Positions 1 to 11,159 are shown, counted from the stretch's first letter. The stretch is DNA of 64,000 bases from Raja brachyura (GCA_963514005.1 OY740784.1:107384001-107448000), one strand, 5' to 3'. Program-made: numbers and translations. The notes: generated by a model not told the origin, from the letters alone.

Positions 1-130
1 ACAACATCCACTGACTCTCCTTTGTCTGTCCTGCTATTTATTTCCTCAGAAAATTCCAACAGATTCGTCAGGCAAGATCTCCCCTTCCACAAAGCCAGGC
101 TGACCAGCCTATTTTATCATGAATTTCTAA
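1..130 (-). mobile_element. CR1 LINE reverse-transcriptase fragment (cut by window edge)
   Basis: The reverse strand encodes GRSCLTNLLEF and DKGESVDVV, typical CR1 RT motifs, with frameshifts. Confidence 0.8.
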
Positions 131-138
131 GTACTCAG

Positions 139-905
139 AAACAATACAAATTTATTTGTCACATGCACCAACTAAGGTACAGTGAAGTGAATTTGCCATG
201 CAGTGGAACAATTGACAAAAAGAACACACAGTACATAATAGAATCTAACATAGACATCCGCCACAGCATTCTTCACTATGGTGGAAGGCAACAAAGCTCC
301 GTCAGTCCTCCTTTGTTCATCTGTGGTCGGGGCCATGAACCCTCTGTAGTCGCCGCTACGGACGGCCAGATGTACAGACCCTCTCGTCGGGGTGATGGAA
401 ACTCCGACGTCGGGATGGTCGAACACACTCCATGGCTTGGTGTGCCCGAATCGGCCACTTTCTTACAGGAGATCGCGGCTTCAAGATGTTATAGGCCGCA
501 GGAGCTCTTCTCCGGCGATCCCCAGCAAGGGATCCCAGCCTCCGGAAGGTACGTCCATGCTACGCCCGCGGCTAGAAGCTGCGCAGACGACAGCCGCATG
601 ATGCCAGTCACCAGGCCAGCGATCGGAGCCCTCCTATCTGGCGACCCCCGGCAAGGGTTCGATGGAAAAGTTCACGCCGCTGAAGCTCTGGGCCCGACTC
701 CGGGAAAGGCCGCTCCAATCCAAGCTGTTAGGCCGCGAGAGGGGAGAAATGGGAAAAGTCGCCTCTCCATTGAGGAAGTGACTGAAAATCGGTTTCCTCC
801 TTTCTCCCCCCCCCCACCGCTCCTCACATAAGACATACCGAGAGACACTAAAACAAGCATTTGGACATTCTGCAAAAGGATATTAACAATCAACTGACAG
901 CGCAA
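139..905 (-). mobile_element. GC-rich non-coding SINE-like element ending in a LINE-type 3' tail
   Basis: The reverse strand ends ttcactgtacc..gtgacaaataaatttgtattg. The same tail motif ends the Rex1-like fragment at 28560-28615 and recurs at 36830-36870. The body is CpG-rich and encodes no recognisable protein. Confidence 0.55.
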
Positions 906-988
906 GAATGTGGCATATGAAGTGGGAAAAGATGAGACTGAAATTTCTGAAGGAGAAGTGATTTAAAAAAAATCAATAATTAATGTTT

Positions 989-1334
989 CAGCTGGTAGAG
1001 TTGCTGCCTCACAGCACCAGAGACCTGTGTGCAATCCTGATCTCACGAGCTGCCTGTGTGGAGTTTGTGCATTTTCCCTGCGACCACGGGTTTCTCTGGA
1101 TGTTCTGGTTTCCACCAACATCCCAAAGACACGCAGGTCAGCAAAGTCACTGGCCACTGTATATTGCCAGTGTGTCGATGCGTGATAGAATCTGTCGGGG
1201 AAGTTATGAGAATGTGGGGAAAATTTAAAAATAGGATTAATGTAGGACTAGTGTAAATGGTTGGTTGATGGTTGGGCGTGGGCTTGGTGGGCTGAAGGGC
1301 CTGTTTTCGTGTTGTATGTCTCTATAAGTAAGTG
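989..1334 (+). mobile_element. HE1-like tRNA-derived V-SINE
   Basis: tRNA-like head (ggtagagttgctgcctcacagc), central tgtgtggagtttg..tcccaaagac domain, CR1-derived tail gggctgaagggcctgttt. Confidence 0.8.
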
Positions 1335-1399
1335 TTGTGTCCAGTTTGATTTTGGTGTGCTTGTTCACAGAAATTAACTTGCAGGTACAGATGCAATTA

Positions 1400-2075
1400 G
1401 GAAGACAAATATCGTGGGCGTTTACTGCCAGTGTATTGGAGTACATAACTAAGTACATCTTGCTACGACTGTACAGGTTTTTGATGAAATATCATCTGAA
1501 GTATACTGTGCGGTTCTGTTTTCCTGATGTTCTCGCCTTGGAATAAGCACGGCAAATATTCACTAGATTGATAGGGTCGTCCATCGGCGAGGCAGTGAGT
1601 AACCCATGCCGATAGTCACTGGTCAGCCATGATCATATTGAATGGCGATGCAGGCTCGAAGGGCCGAATGGCCTACTCCTGCACCTATCTTCTATGTTTC
1701 AGTGGAATGCCAGGAGATGTCACAGAGACAACAGCGAGTGAAAGAGGCAGCGAGTTGATGCCAAGAGGTGCATAAACTAACCGTAATGTCAACAACAAAG
1801 CAGCACATGTAGGATAAGGGACCAGCCATTACAGTTATACAACATGGAAACAGGCCCTTCGACCCAACCTGTCCTTTCCCAGGATAGAGGATTCTAAAAC
1901 TAGAGGGCATAAGCTTCAGGCGAGGGGAGAGAGATTTAAAAGGGATTGCCTTTTTCACAGAGGGTTATCTGTATGTGGAATGAGCTGCCAGAGAGAAGCT
2001 AACTTAGTCAGCATGACAAAGGGGGCTGAAGATCCTGTTTCCATGTTGTACAGCTCTATGATTCTATAACTCTAT
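1400..2075 (+). mobile_element. Cluster of decayed CR1 3' fragments
   Basis: CR1 3' UTR cagccatgatcatattgaatggcg..cctactcctgcacctat..ttctatgtttc at 1624-1700, plus further tail pieces. Confidence 0.7.
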
Positions 2076-2439
2076 TTCTGCATCTGCGGGATTTCGCTCC
2101 TCAAGATTTTAAAGCAGCTTGGAAGGTTATTCAAATTTTAATCTCCCGATTCTTAAAGATGTTTATTGGCCTGAGATTTCCAGGACCATTTGACTGGATA
2201 GGGAAGGCTGCATTTGATGGCTAATTCAAAGCCTATTAAGAGCACAGTAGGGGAGCTAATGGAATTTATGCAAAACATGAATTAAAATGAAGAGGGAATT
2301 TTACGACCGTTTTATGGTAATGCAGAAGATTCAAATCAATTGTGCAAAAAGGGCTAGCTATACCTGAACACTGAGGCACTGGTACCATAGCAAAGAAACA
2401 GGCCCTTCAGCCCATGGTGACCAAGATGCCCCATCTTTT

Positions 2440-2655
2440 GTAGAAACAAGGAACTGCAGATGCTGGTTTACAAAGAAAAAGGATACAAAGTGTTGGAATT
2501 GCTTAGCGGGTCAGGCAGCATCCACGAAGAACCTGGATAGTTGACATTTCGAGTCACGACCGAAAGGAGGGTCCTGACCCGAAACATCACCCATCCATGT
2601 TATCCACGGATGCTGCTTCATCCGCTAAGTTCCTCCAGCACTTTGTGTCTTTTTT
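2440..2655. mobile_element. Penelope-derived fold-back mini-element (diverged)
   Basis: Left arm ggaactgcagatgctgg..cgggtcaggcagcatc..; inverted right arm gggtcctgacccgaaacatc..gatgctgc..ccagcactttgtgtc. Confidence 0.75.
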
Positions 2656-3755
2656 TTTGCCCCATGTTTTGCATTTTTTGGCCCATATCCCTCTGAACTT
2701 TCCGGCCCATGTACTGTCCAAATGTATTTTAAATGTTATTATACTTGCTTCAACCACTTTCTCTGGCAGCACATCCCATATACTAACCACCATCTGCGAG
2801 CAAATATTACCAATCAGGTTCGTATTAAAGCTTTCTCCTTAAAGAAAATCAACAAAGTTCAACGTGATCTTGTTGCTAGGTAGTACATTATTAGAGGATT
2901 GTGAGGGTGGGTGTTGAGAGAAGGTTTTTCATCACAAGGGGAGGGGGGGGTTGTGAACTGAGAACTAGTAGGCATAGGCTCAGAACGAGGAGTTGACCAT
3001 TTACGACGGAGACAAGGAGGTACTTCTTCTCACGGTGATAATGACACTTGTGGAATTCTCTCCACATTTGCTCTGGAGTCCGAGTCACTGTTATTCAAGG
3101 TGGTAATAGAAAGACAGACATAGAAATGACCAGGGAGAGAGGGATGTTGAGGAGAGCAGAAAGCTGGTGAGGGTGAGAGTGGGTCATCCATGATCTTATT
3201 GCAGGGCGGAGCAGGCTCGAGCGGCCGAATGGCGTCTCTTGGTCCCGGATGTGTACACTGACCATCCTTTCCCGTTACAGTCCGAGATATTTATCTCAGA
3301 TGGAACTCAGTAATGGACCTAGCAGATCGGAGACATCAAAAGTCTGTGCCAAGGTGCTGCTCTCAACATGGAAACAGTCATCCCACAATACCACCGCAAC
3401 ACTAACCTACGACCACTGCAAGCATCTCGAACAGCAAGGGAAGCAGTCAGCCACAAAAACAAAAGAGAGTGGTTAACAAACATTCACATCGAAGCCATGA
3501 CACGAGTCCAAGAAAGCTCCCTTACCAGACCAGACCTGCAAAAATACCACATCGCCCAAATTCTTCAAACTTTCAAGTCTTCTTCAAATTTTCCAAGCGT
3601 AATATTAATAATAATAATAAAATGTTTCGTGGTATTCCCCGAATGCAGTAAATTTCATTAGTTGAATTATGGGCAGTGTTTATTGTATGATTGATTATTG
3701 TATATTTATTCATTGCGTCATTTCAACAATGGGCCTGTAAAGCTGCCACAAGTAA

Positions 3756-4346
3756 AGGGGCTGTCCTGTCCCACTGCAGCGACCTAATTGGCGAGTTTAG
3801 AAGAGTTTAGGAGAGATTGAAAAAATGTCATGTTGAAGACCTCCTTCGACTATGTAGAAGACCTCCTTCGACTATGTAGAAGACCTCCTTCGACTATGTA
3901 GAAGACCTCCTTCGACCTCCTTCAAATATGTTGAAGACTAGCCTCGACTAGCTTCGGGAAAATTGCACACCGAATAGTGGAGAGTGAAGACGACCTCCTT
4001 CGATCTCCCATCGACTATGTTGAAGACTATCTACGACTACCTTCGACTACCCTCGATTACCTACAAATAACATGCCGACCTTCTACAACCTACTTTGACT
4101 AATCCTACGAGTAAAAAAAAATCGATTTTTTTCCATGGCAACCTTTTTTTACTGGCGGGCATTTTTCAACATGTTGAAAAATACGCCGCGACCTAGTTGA
4201 GGCCTCGAGTACGCGGGGACTACTCTTGAGCATGAAGGAGAGTTACAAAGACCTCCTAGGACCTCGTGTTGACCATGCTGCGAGCATGAGTCGAGAGCAA
4301 ACTCGCCAGAACTCGCGGATTAGGTCGCTGTAGTGGGACCGCCCCT
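3756..4346. mobile_element. PIF/Harbinger-type MITE, subtype A, with internal 22-bp tandem array
   Basis: Termini AGGGGCTGTC(CTGTC)CCACTG and TAGTGGGACCGCCCCT; TAA at 3753-3755 and 4347-4349. It interrupts a LINE 3' UTR motif (compare gcaagTAAgaat at about 45138-45149). Confidence 0.85.
3835..3916 (+). repeat. Tandem repeat (GAAGACCTCCTTCGACTATGTA)x3 plus a partial unit
   Basis: Directly visible head-to-tail units with no spacers, inside the MITE. Confidence 0.9.
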
Positions 4347-4519
4347 TAAGTATCTCATTGTCCCGTCCCTGGTGCAAATTACAAATAAACTAGTTCTGGT
4401 GATTATTCAATGAAAGAATTACAGCTAGAATCTGTCAATCAAATCTGTAGAATATGGATAGCTATAAAAAACAAGTATTTCTCACTTATGAGGAAACTGG
4501 CTTGTGGGCAGAACCCTAA

Positions 4520-4759
4520 AGGGCCTGTCCCACTTGGCGATCTTTTCCGCGACTACCGGCGTCATTTCAGTGTCGCCAAAAGATTTTGAACATTTCAAAT
4601 GTTCAAAATCGGCGACAAAAAAAAATTGTGACACTTGAAAAAAACACCGCCCGCCATACGTCATCACGCCTCGTCACCGCCGCAAATTTTTCGGTGACCT
4701 GAGCCATCTGTCAACGATGCCGGCAGTCGCCGAAAAAATCGCCAAGTGGGATAGGCCCT
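4520..4759. mobile_element. PIF/Harbinger-type MITE, subtype B
   Basis: Imperfect TIRs of about 44 bp starting AGGGCCTGTCCCACTTGGCGAT; flanked by TAA and TTA. Confidence 0.85.
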
Positions 4760-4864
4760 TTAGTAACCCAGGCACTGCCTGCATCTCAGATCATGAGAGA
4801 AATAGTTAGCGTAGTCAAACTCTTTTCCCCCCATAGTAAAAACAAAAGAACATGTGTTTAAGGT

Positions 4865-4993
4865 GTTAAAGAAGGAACTGCAGATGCTGGAAAATCGAGG
4901 GTACACAAAATGCTGGAGAAACTCAGCGGGTGCAGCAGCATCTATGGAGACAAGGAGATAGGTAACGTTTTGGGCCGAAACCCTTCTTCAGAT
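4865..4993 (-). mobile_element. Single-arm Penelope-derived 3' end within a decayed CR1 tail
   Basis: The reverse strand reads tctgaagaagggtttcggcccaaaacgttacc..ccagcatctgcagttccttctttaaca. Confidence 0.8.
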
Positions 4994-5509
4994 GAGAAGC
5001 TGTTATTTCACAGGGGATTTGATGGGTAATCTTTGCTGGAACCACTGGGTGGGACTGGTATCTGGAACTCGCTGACACAGGTGGTGGTGGTGGAGTCAGA
5101 TACATCACTCAGCTTAAGAAGCATTTAGATAGACACTTAAACTGACAAGTCAACAACGATACAGACCTTATGAGATCAAATGAGATTCGAGTAAATGGCT
5201 AAAAGGGTTAGCATGCAAGTTGTGGACTAAAAGGTCTGCTTCTCTGCTGTACGGTTCGCAAAAAACACATAATTGGAAAGTCATTTGGAATCTTGTTGAG
5301 GAAACAAGGCAGAAAGAGCAGCAATCATTAGCGTCCTTAATTGCAATCGACAAGATTAAATTGACATGCCTGCTCATTTTTCTGTCTATTGCACTAATTG
5401 TACAGATTTACGTTCAGACCTTAATTGCAATAATTTGCTGCAATGTCTAAAGAAATTCACATAAACGCATCCAGCTCACAAGAGCGTTTCAGAACCTGAC
5501 CGCTGATGG

Positions 5510-6020
5510 CTAAAGCCACAAACAGCAATGGCCCAGCACCGATCCATGAGACACACCACTAGTCACATGCCTCCAGTCTGTAACCTTCCACCACCACCCT
5601 CTGCATTCCTCCATTAAGCCAATTATTCATCCAGCCAGCTAGCTCTCTCTGGGTCCCATGCGATCTAACCTTCCAGAGCAGCCTACCATGCGGAATCTTT
5701 TCAAAGGCCTAGCTGAAATCTATATATACAACACCTTTGGTCTTGTCCTCGTAAATCTTTTCAATACATGTTCAAAAAGCTCAATCAAATCCACAAAGCA
5801 CGATCGCCATGTACAAAACTATGCTGACTATGAAAAAGGGTCCCATCCTGAAACGTCACCTACCCATGTTCACTTGAGATGCTGTTACTCCAGCACTCTG
5901 TGACTTCCTTTGTAAACCAGCATCTGCAGTTCCTTGTATTTACCGATTCACCCTTGTCTATCCAAATGCATACTTATCATACCCCTTAGAATACTCTCCA
6001 GTAACTTACCTGCCTCCACG
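5510..6020 (-). mobile_element. Decayed CR1 RT fragment containing a Penelope 3'-end insertion (about 5830-5943, +)
   Basis: Reverse-strand match to the CR1 region around gactagtggtgtg (VTSGV); inner gggtcccatcctgaaacgtcacc..ccagcatctgcagttcc. Confidence 0.65.
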
Positions 6021-6459
6021 AACGGTCAGCTATGTTTTTTAAAAACAAGTATCCTTCTTTATCCGTGTGAATTGGGGTCATTTAATATATCAGGATTGAG
6101 CTAATCTCTCTGAATGTCTCTGGAAAGAAAAGTTTGTCTTATCATCTATGTCCTTGCAAATGCATGATCGGAGGCCTCGAGATTTACCATTTTTTGCAAG
6201 CGGGTCCAATTATCTCCCGAGCACCTAATTATTTCTCGAAGCGAGCCTGTGTGCTGGCCATAGGGTCTGTTAGCAGACAATTCCATTTTAGTTGAAATGC
6301 CTGATTTAACGCTTACATTACAGCCTCTGACATTATACTGAAGTTTAGCAAGACCTTAAGGTTAAAACAGTCACCACCTTTCATTTATACAGGCAACCTC
6401 AAGTTAGAATCAGTGCTGCCTTTATCTCCAGCAGTTTTTGTTTGTAATGTATTGGTGGG

Positions 6460-6760
6460 ACGTGAGTGCCTCTGCCAAGCTACGCAGGGGCTCTGTGGAT
6501 TGCTCAGCCATTTCACAGACCGGTTAACAGTCAATCACATTGCTATGGGATTGCAGTACCACTTAGGATACACTGGGTATGGATGGCAAATCTCCTTCCC
6601 TTATACATTGACTGTAGCAGATGGGGTTTTATGACAATCTGGCCAGCAATTACTGTTTCCACTGCTGAGGCCAGCTTTTATTCCAGATTTAATTAACTGG
6701 CTGAATTTAAATTCCCCAGCTGCCGTCAAGTTTGAATCAGAAACACTGGATCAGTGACCA
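6460..6760 (-). mobile_element. 3' region of an older CR1/L2-group LINE
   Basis: cacattgctatggg..ggcaaatctccttccc..gatggggttttatgacaatc..aaattccccagctgccg, a shark LINE 3' region recalled from memory. Confidence 0.5.
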
Positions 6761-7024
6761 CAGCAAATTGGTACAAATGCAGGGCGTCACAAATGTGAAA
6801 TGCTAACGTCTCTCTCTCTCGACAATAGCTTCCTAAACAGCTGAGTATTTCCACCATTTTCTGTTTCTATTTGGGAATACTAGGCCAGCAACTACAGAAC
6901 GTGTGAAGAAAGAAAATAACTGCAGATGCCACAAACTTGGAGTAAAAATGGAAAATTCTGAAAACTACCAGCAAGCAGGCAGCATGTGCAGCAAAGGAAA
7001 GTTAACCTTACAGGTCACTGACTA

Positions 7025-7232
7025 AGTGTTCAAAGGAATTATAGATGCTGATTTATATCGAAGAGACACAAAGCCGTGGACTAACTCAGCTGGTCAGGCC
7101 TCATCTCTGGAGAAAAAGGATGGGTGACATTTCGGGACAGAACCCTTCTTCAGACCCGAAACATCGCCCATCCTTTTTCTCCAGAGATGCTGCCTGGCCC
7201 GCTGAGCTACTCCAGCACTTTGCGTCCATCTT
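7025..7232. mobile_element. Penelope-derived fold-back mini-element
   Basis: Inverted arms catctctggagaaaaggatgggtga and tcgcccatcctttttctccagagatg around acccttcttcagacccgaaac. Confidence 0.8.
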
Positions 7233-8174
7233 AGGTCACTGACTATCATCAGTACTTGGAAAGGTTAGAAATCAAGCATGTCCTAAGTTACAGGTTGAAG
7301 ACAAGTGAACAAAGCGAAAAAATGTCTGTGATGGGCCAGAGACCAAGACACCTAATTACTGTCTGACTGCGCCAACACGGGAGGAACGGTTTCTGCAGAC
7401 TCGTGCAATAAGTAAAACATGTTTCAATTGGGGATTATTTGGAGAATACTGATAGAAATGTATTTGTTGCAAACAGATTGATTAAAAAAAAATTAACTGT
7501 AAGCGAGCTTATCTCAGGGCTGAAATGGATCTGACTACATTGATCGGAATCAATGACTGAAAATGGTGCAAATATTCAGTATGCTGTTGGAACTTGAAGT
7601 AAGTTCATCAAATTAACTCTTGCTAATGGCTTTATTTAAGGAGGATCGCAAGGACAAGCCTAGGAACTATAGGCTGATGAGCATTACATCAGTGGTGGGA
7701 AGGTTACTAGAAGAGATTTTGAGAGACAGATTTAATTGGAAAAGGCAAGTTCTGATTATGGGATAGTTAGCTTGGCCTTTTGCATGTAAATCATGTCTCG
7801 TGAATTAGATGGTGTTTTGTTTCCTCAAGAGGTTACTAAGAGGACTGTTGAGGACAGGGTGGTAGATGTTGTTGAGATGAACTTTAGCCAAGCCTCTGAC
7901 AAGGTTCCACATGTTAGGGCTGGTTTAGAAGGTTGGAAAATATGGGATCAAGAAGGAACCAGCTTCCTTCTTGATCCCATACCGAACTTGATACCAAATT
8001 AACTGAGCGATAACAGACAGATGGTGGCAGAAGATTGGTCATCCAGATTACAAGCCTGTGCCAGAGGAATTCAAAGCTAAATTCAAGCCCGATTCCCCTT
8101 TATGATGAGACACAGGGGCCAGTGTAAAACTAGAAGGCGTAAGTTGAAGTTGAGGGGGGAAAGATTTAAAGGGG

Positions 8175-8392
8175 GGTTACACAAAAAGCTGGAGAAACTC
8201 AGCGGGTGCAGCAGCATCTAAGGAGCGAAGGAGATAGGCGACGTTTCGGGTCGAGACCCTTCTTCAGATGAAGGGTCTCGACCCGAAACGTCGCCTATCT
8301 CCTTCGCTCCTTAGATGCTGCTGCACCCGCTGAGTTTCTCCAGCTTTTTGTGTAACCCTCGATTCTCCAGCATCTGCAGTTCCTTCTTTAAC
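8175..8392. mobile_element. Young Penelope-derived hairpin element: perfect 89-bp inverted arms, 34-nt tail, 14-bp TSD
   Basis: Arms 8174-8262 and 8270-8358 are exact reverse complements; tail 8359-8392; AAGATTTAAAGGGG at 8161-8174 and 8393-8406. Confidence 0.92.
8240..8267 (-). ncRNA. Minimal type I hammerhead-ribozyme-like core
   Basis: The reverse strand reads CTGAAGA-A-GGGTC-TC-GACCC-GAAA-C-GTC. This is a CUGANGA/GAAA/UH core with a stem II hairpin and a palindromic ACGU in place of stem III, as described for Penelope-like elements. Stem I is weak. Confidence 0.55.
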
Positions 8393-8588
8393 AAGATTTA
8401 AAGGGGACCTGAGGAGCAATATTTTCATTCAGGGTTAGTGAATGTAGGATTGTACCTGCCAGAATTGAGGCAGGTACAATTACAACATTTAAAAAATATG
8501 TGGATGGTTCATGGATATAAAAGGTTGAGACCAAACACTGCCAAATGGGACTAGCTTGGACTAGTTGGCTAGTCCCATTTGGCAGTCC

Positions 8589-11159
8589 TTGAGGAATTGT
8601 AAAGGCAAGAAGATACTAATTGGTGTTATTTACAGACCCCCAAATAGTAGCCCGGATGGCATATAACAAAGGTAATGCCACTGTGGTGATGGGGGATTTC
8701 AATATGCAGGTAGACTGGGAAAATCTGGTTGGTTCAGGACCCCAAGAAAGAGAGTTTGTAGAATGCCTCTGAGATGGATTCTTAGAGCAGCTTGTAATGG
8801 AGCCGACCAGAGAAAAGGTAATTCTGGATTTAGTGTTGTCCAATGAACCAGATATGATAAGAGAACTCGAGGTAAAGGAACCGCTTGGAGGTAGTGATCA
8901 TAATATGGTTAGATTTAATCTGCAATTTGAGAAGGAGAAGGTTAAATCGGAAGTGTCAGTGATGCAGTTGAACAAAGGGGACTATGAAGGCATGAGAGAG
9001 GAGCTGGCCAAGGTAGACTGGAAAAGGATCCTAGCAGGAATGACGGTGGAACAGCAATGGCAGGAATTTCTGGGCATAATCCGGAAGACGCAGGATCATT
9101 TCATTCTAAAAAGGAAGAAAGATTCTAAGGGGAGTAGGATGTATAACAAAGCAAAGAGTAGCCGGAAGCCAGAGGATTGGGAAACTTTCATAGGACAACA
9201 GAAGGAAACAAAACGGGCAATACGGGCTGAAAAGATGAAGTACATGGGGAAGCTGGCTAGGGATATAAAGAAGGACAGTAAAAGCTTCCATGTTAAGGGA
9301 AAAAGAGTAGCAAAGTCAAATGTGGGTCCCTTGAAGGCAGACACGGGTGAAATTATTATGGGCAACAAGGAAATGGCAGAAGAGTTGAATAGGTACTTCG
9401 GATCTGTCTTCACTAAGGAAGACACAAACAATCTCCCAGATGTACTGGAGGACAGAGGATCTAAGGGGTAGAGGAACTGGAAGAAATTTTCATTAGGTGA
9501 GAAATAGTATTGGGTAGGCTAATGGGACTGAAGGATGATAAATCCCCTGGGCCTGATGGTCTGGATCCCAGGGTCATAAGGGAGGTGGCTCTAGAAATAG
9601 TGGACGCATTGGTGATCATTTTCCAATGTTCAATAGATTCAGGATCAGTTCCTGTGGATTGGAGAATAGCTAATGTTATCCCAATTTTCAAGAAAGGAGC
9701 GAGAGAGAAAACGGGGAATTACAGACCAGTTAGCCTGACTTCGGTGGTGGGGAAGATGCTGGAGTCAATTATTAAAGAGGTAATAATGGGGCATTTGGAT
9801 AGCAGTAAAAGGATTAGTCCAAGTCAGAAGAAGGGTCTCGACCCGAAACGTCGCCTATCTCCTTCGCTCCTTAGATGCTGCTGCACCCGCTGAGTTTCTC
9901 CAGCTTTTTGTGTAACCCTTAGTCCAAGTCAACATGGATTTATGAAAGGCAAATCATGCTTGACTAATCTTTTGGAATTTTTTGAGGATGTGACAAGTAA
10001 AATGGATGAAGGAGTGCCAGTGGATGTAGTGTATCTAGACTTTCAGAAAGCCTTTGATAAGGTCCCACACGGGAGAATGGTGACTAAAATTAGAGCACAT
10101 GGTATTGGGGGTAGGGTGTTGACATGGATAGAAAATTAGTTGGCAGACAGGAAACAAAGAGTAAGAGTGAACGGGTCCTTTTCAGAATAGCAAATATTAA
10201 TGATTTGGAAAAGGGAATTAGGAGCAACACTAGCAGTTTGCGGATGACACAAAGCTGGGTGGCAGTGTGAACTGTGAAGAGGATGTTAGGAGGTTGCAGG
10301 GTGACCTGGACAGGTTGAGTGAGTGGGCAGATGCAGTATAATATAGATAAATGTGAGGTTATCCACTTTGGCGGCAAAAACAAGGGGGCAGATTATTATC
10401 TCAATGGGGTTAGGTTAGGTAAGGGGGAAGGTGTAGCGAGACCTGGGCGTCCTTGTACACCGGTCACTGAAAGTTGGCGTGCAGGTACAGCAGGTTGTGA
10501 AGAAAGCTAATGGAATGTTGGCCTTCATAACAAGAGGATTTCAGTATAGGAGTAAAGAGGTTCTTCTGCAGTTCTATAGGGCTCTGGTGAGACCACATCT
10601 GTACACATTCAGTTTTGGTCTCCTAGTTTGAGGAAGGACATCCTTGTGATTAAGGCAGTGCAGCGTAGGTTCACGAGATTGATCCCCGGGATGGTGGGAC
10701 TGTCATATGAGGAAAGATTGAAAAGACTAGGCTTGTATTCACTGGAGTTTAGAAGGATGAGGGGGAACTTTGTAGAAACATATACAATTATAAAACGACT
10801 GGACAAGCAAGATGCAGGAAAAATGTTCCCAATGTTGGGCGAGTCCAGAACCAGGGGCCACAGTCTTAGATTCAAGGGGAGGCCATTTACGACTGAGGTA
10901 GAAAAAACGTTTTCACCCAGAGAGTTGTGAATTTATGGAATTCCCTACCACAGAGGGCAGTGGAGGCCAAGTCACTGGATGGATTTAAGAGAGAGTTAGA
11001 TAGAGCTCTAGCGGTTAGTGAAGCCAAGGGATATGGGGAGAAGGGAGGCACGGGTTATTGATAGGGGACGGTCAGTCATGATCACAATGAATGGCAGTGC
11101 TGGCTTCAAGGGCTGAATGGCCTCCTCCTGCACCTATTTTCTACGTTTCTATGTTTCTA
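8589..11159 (+). mobile_element. HER1-like CR1 LINE, 5'-truncated ORF2 (APE endonuclease C-terminus + RT), pseudogenised
   Basis: [80 protein letters not shown]; stops and frameshifts; 3' (TTCTATGT)n-type tail. Confidence 0.95.
9827..9918 (+). mobile_element. Tail-less single-arm Penelope-derived insertion inside the CR1
   Basis: 92 bp, of which 89 bp are identical to arm 8270-8358; 13-bp TSD TTAGTCCAAGTCA at 9814-9826 and 9919-9931. Confidence 0.92.

Larger units (their letters stand above)
7640..8560 (+). mobile_element. Old CR1 RT and 3' fragments
   Basis: Decayed NYR..SITSVVGRLLE and VDVVEMNFSQASDKVPH (ORF 7793-8002), followed by a CR1 3' region. Confidence 0.75.

Noticed and set aside
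22-831. 269-aa ORF, the longest in the track
   Set aside because: It has a non-ATG start, crosses a CR1/SINE-like boundary, shows no recognisable domain, and is explained by GC-rich repeat sequence.
3835-3916. Possible CRISPR array
   Set aside because: The units are head-to-tail with no spacers, lie inside a MITE, and there are no cas genes in this eukaryotic context.
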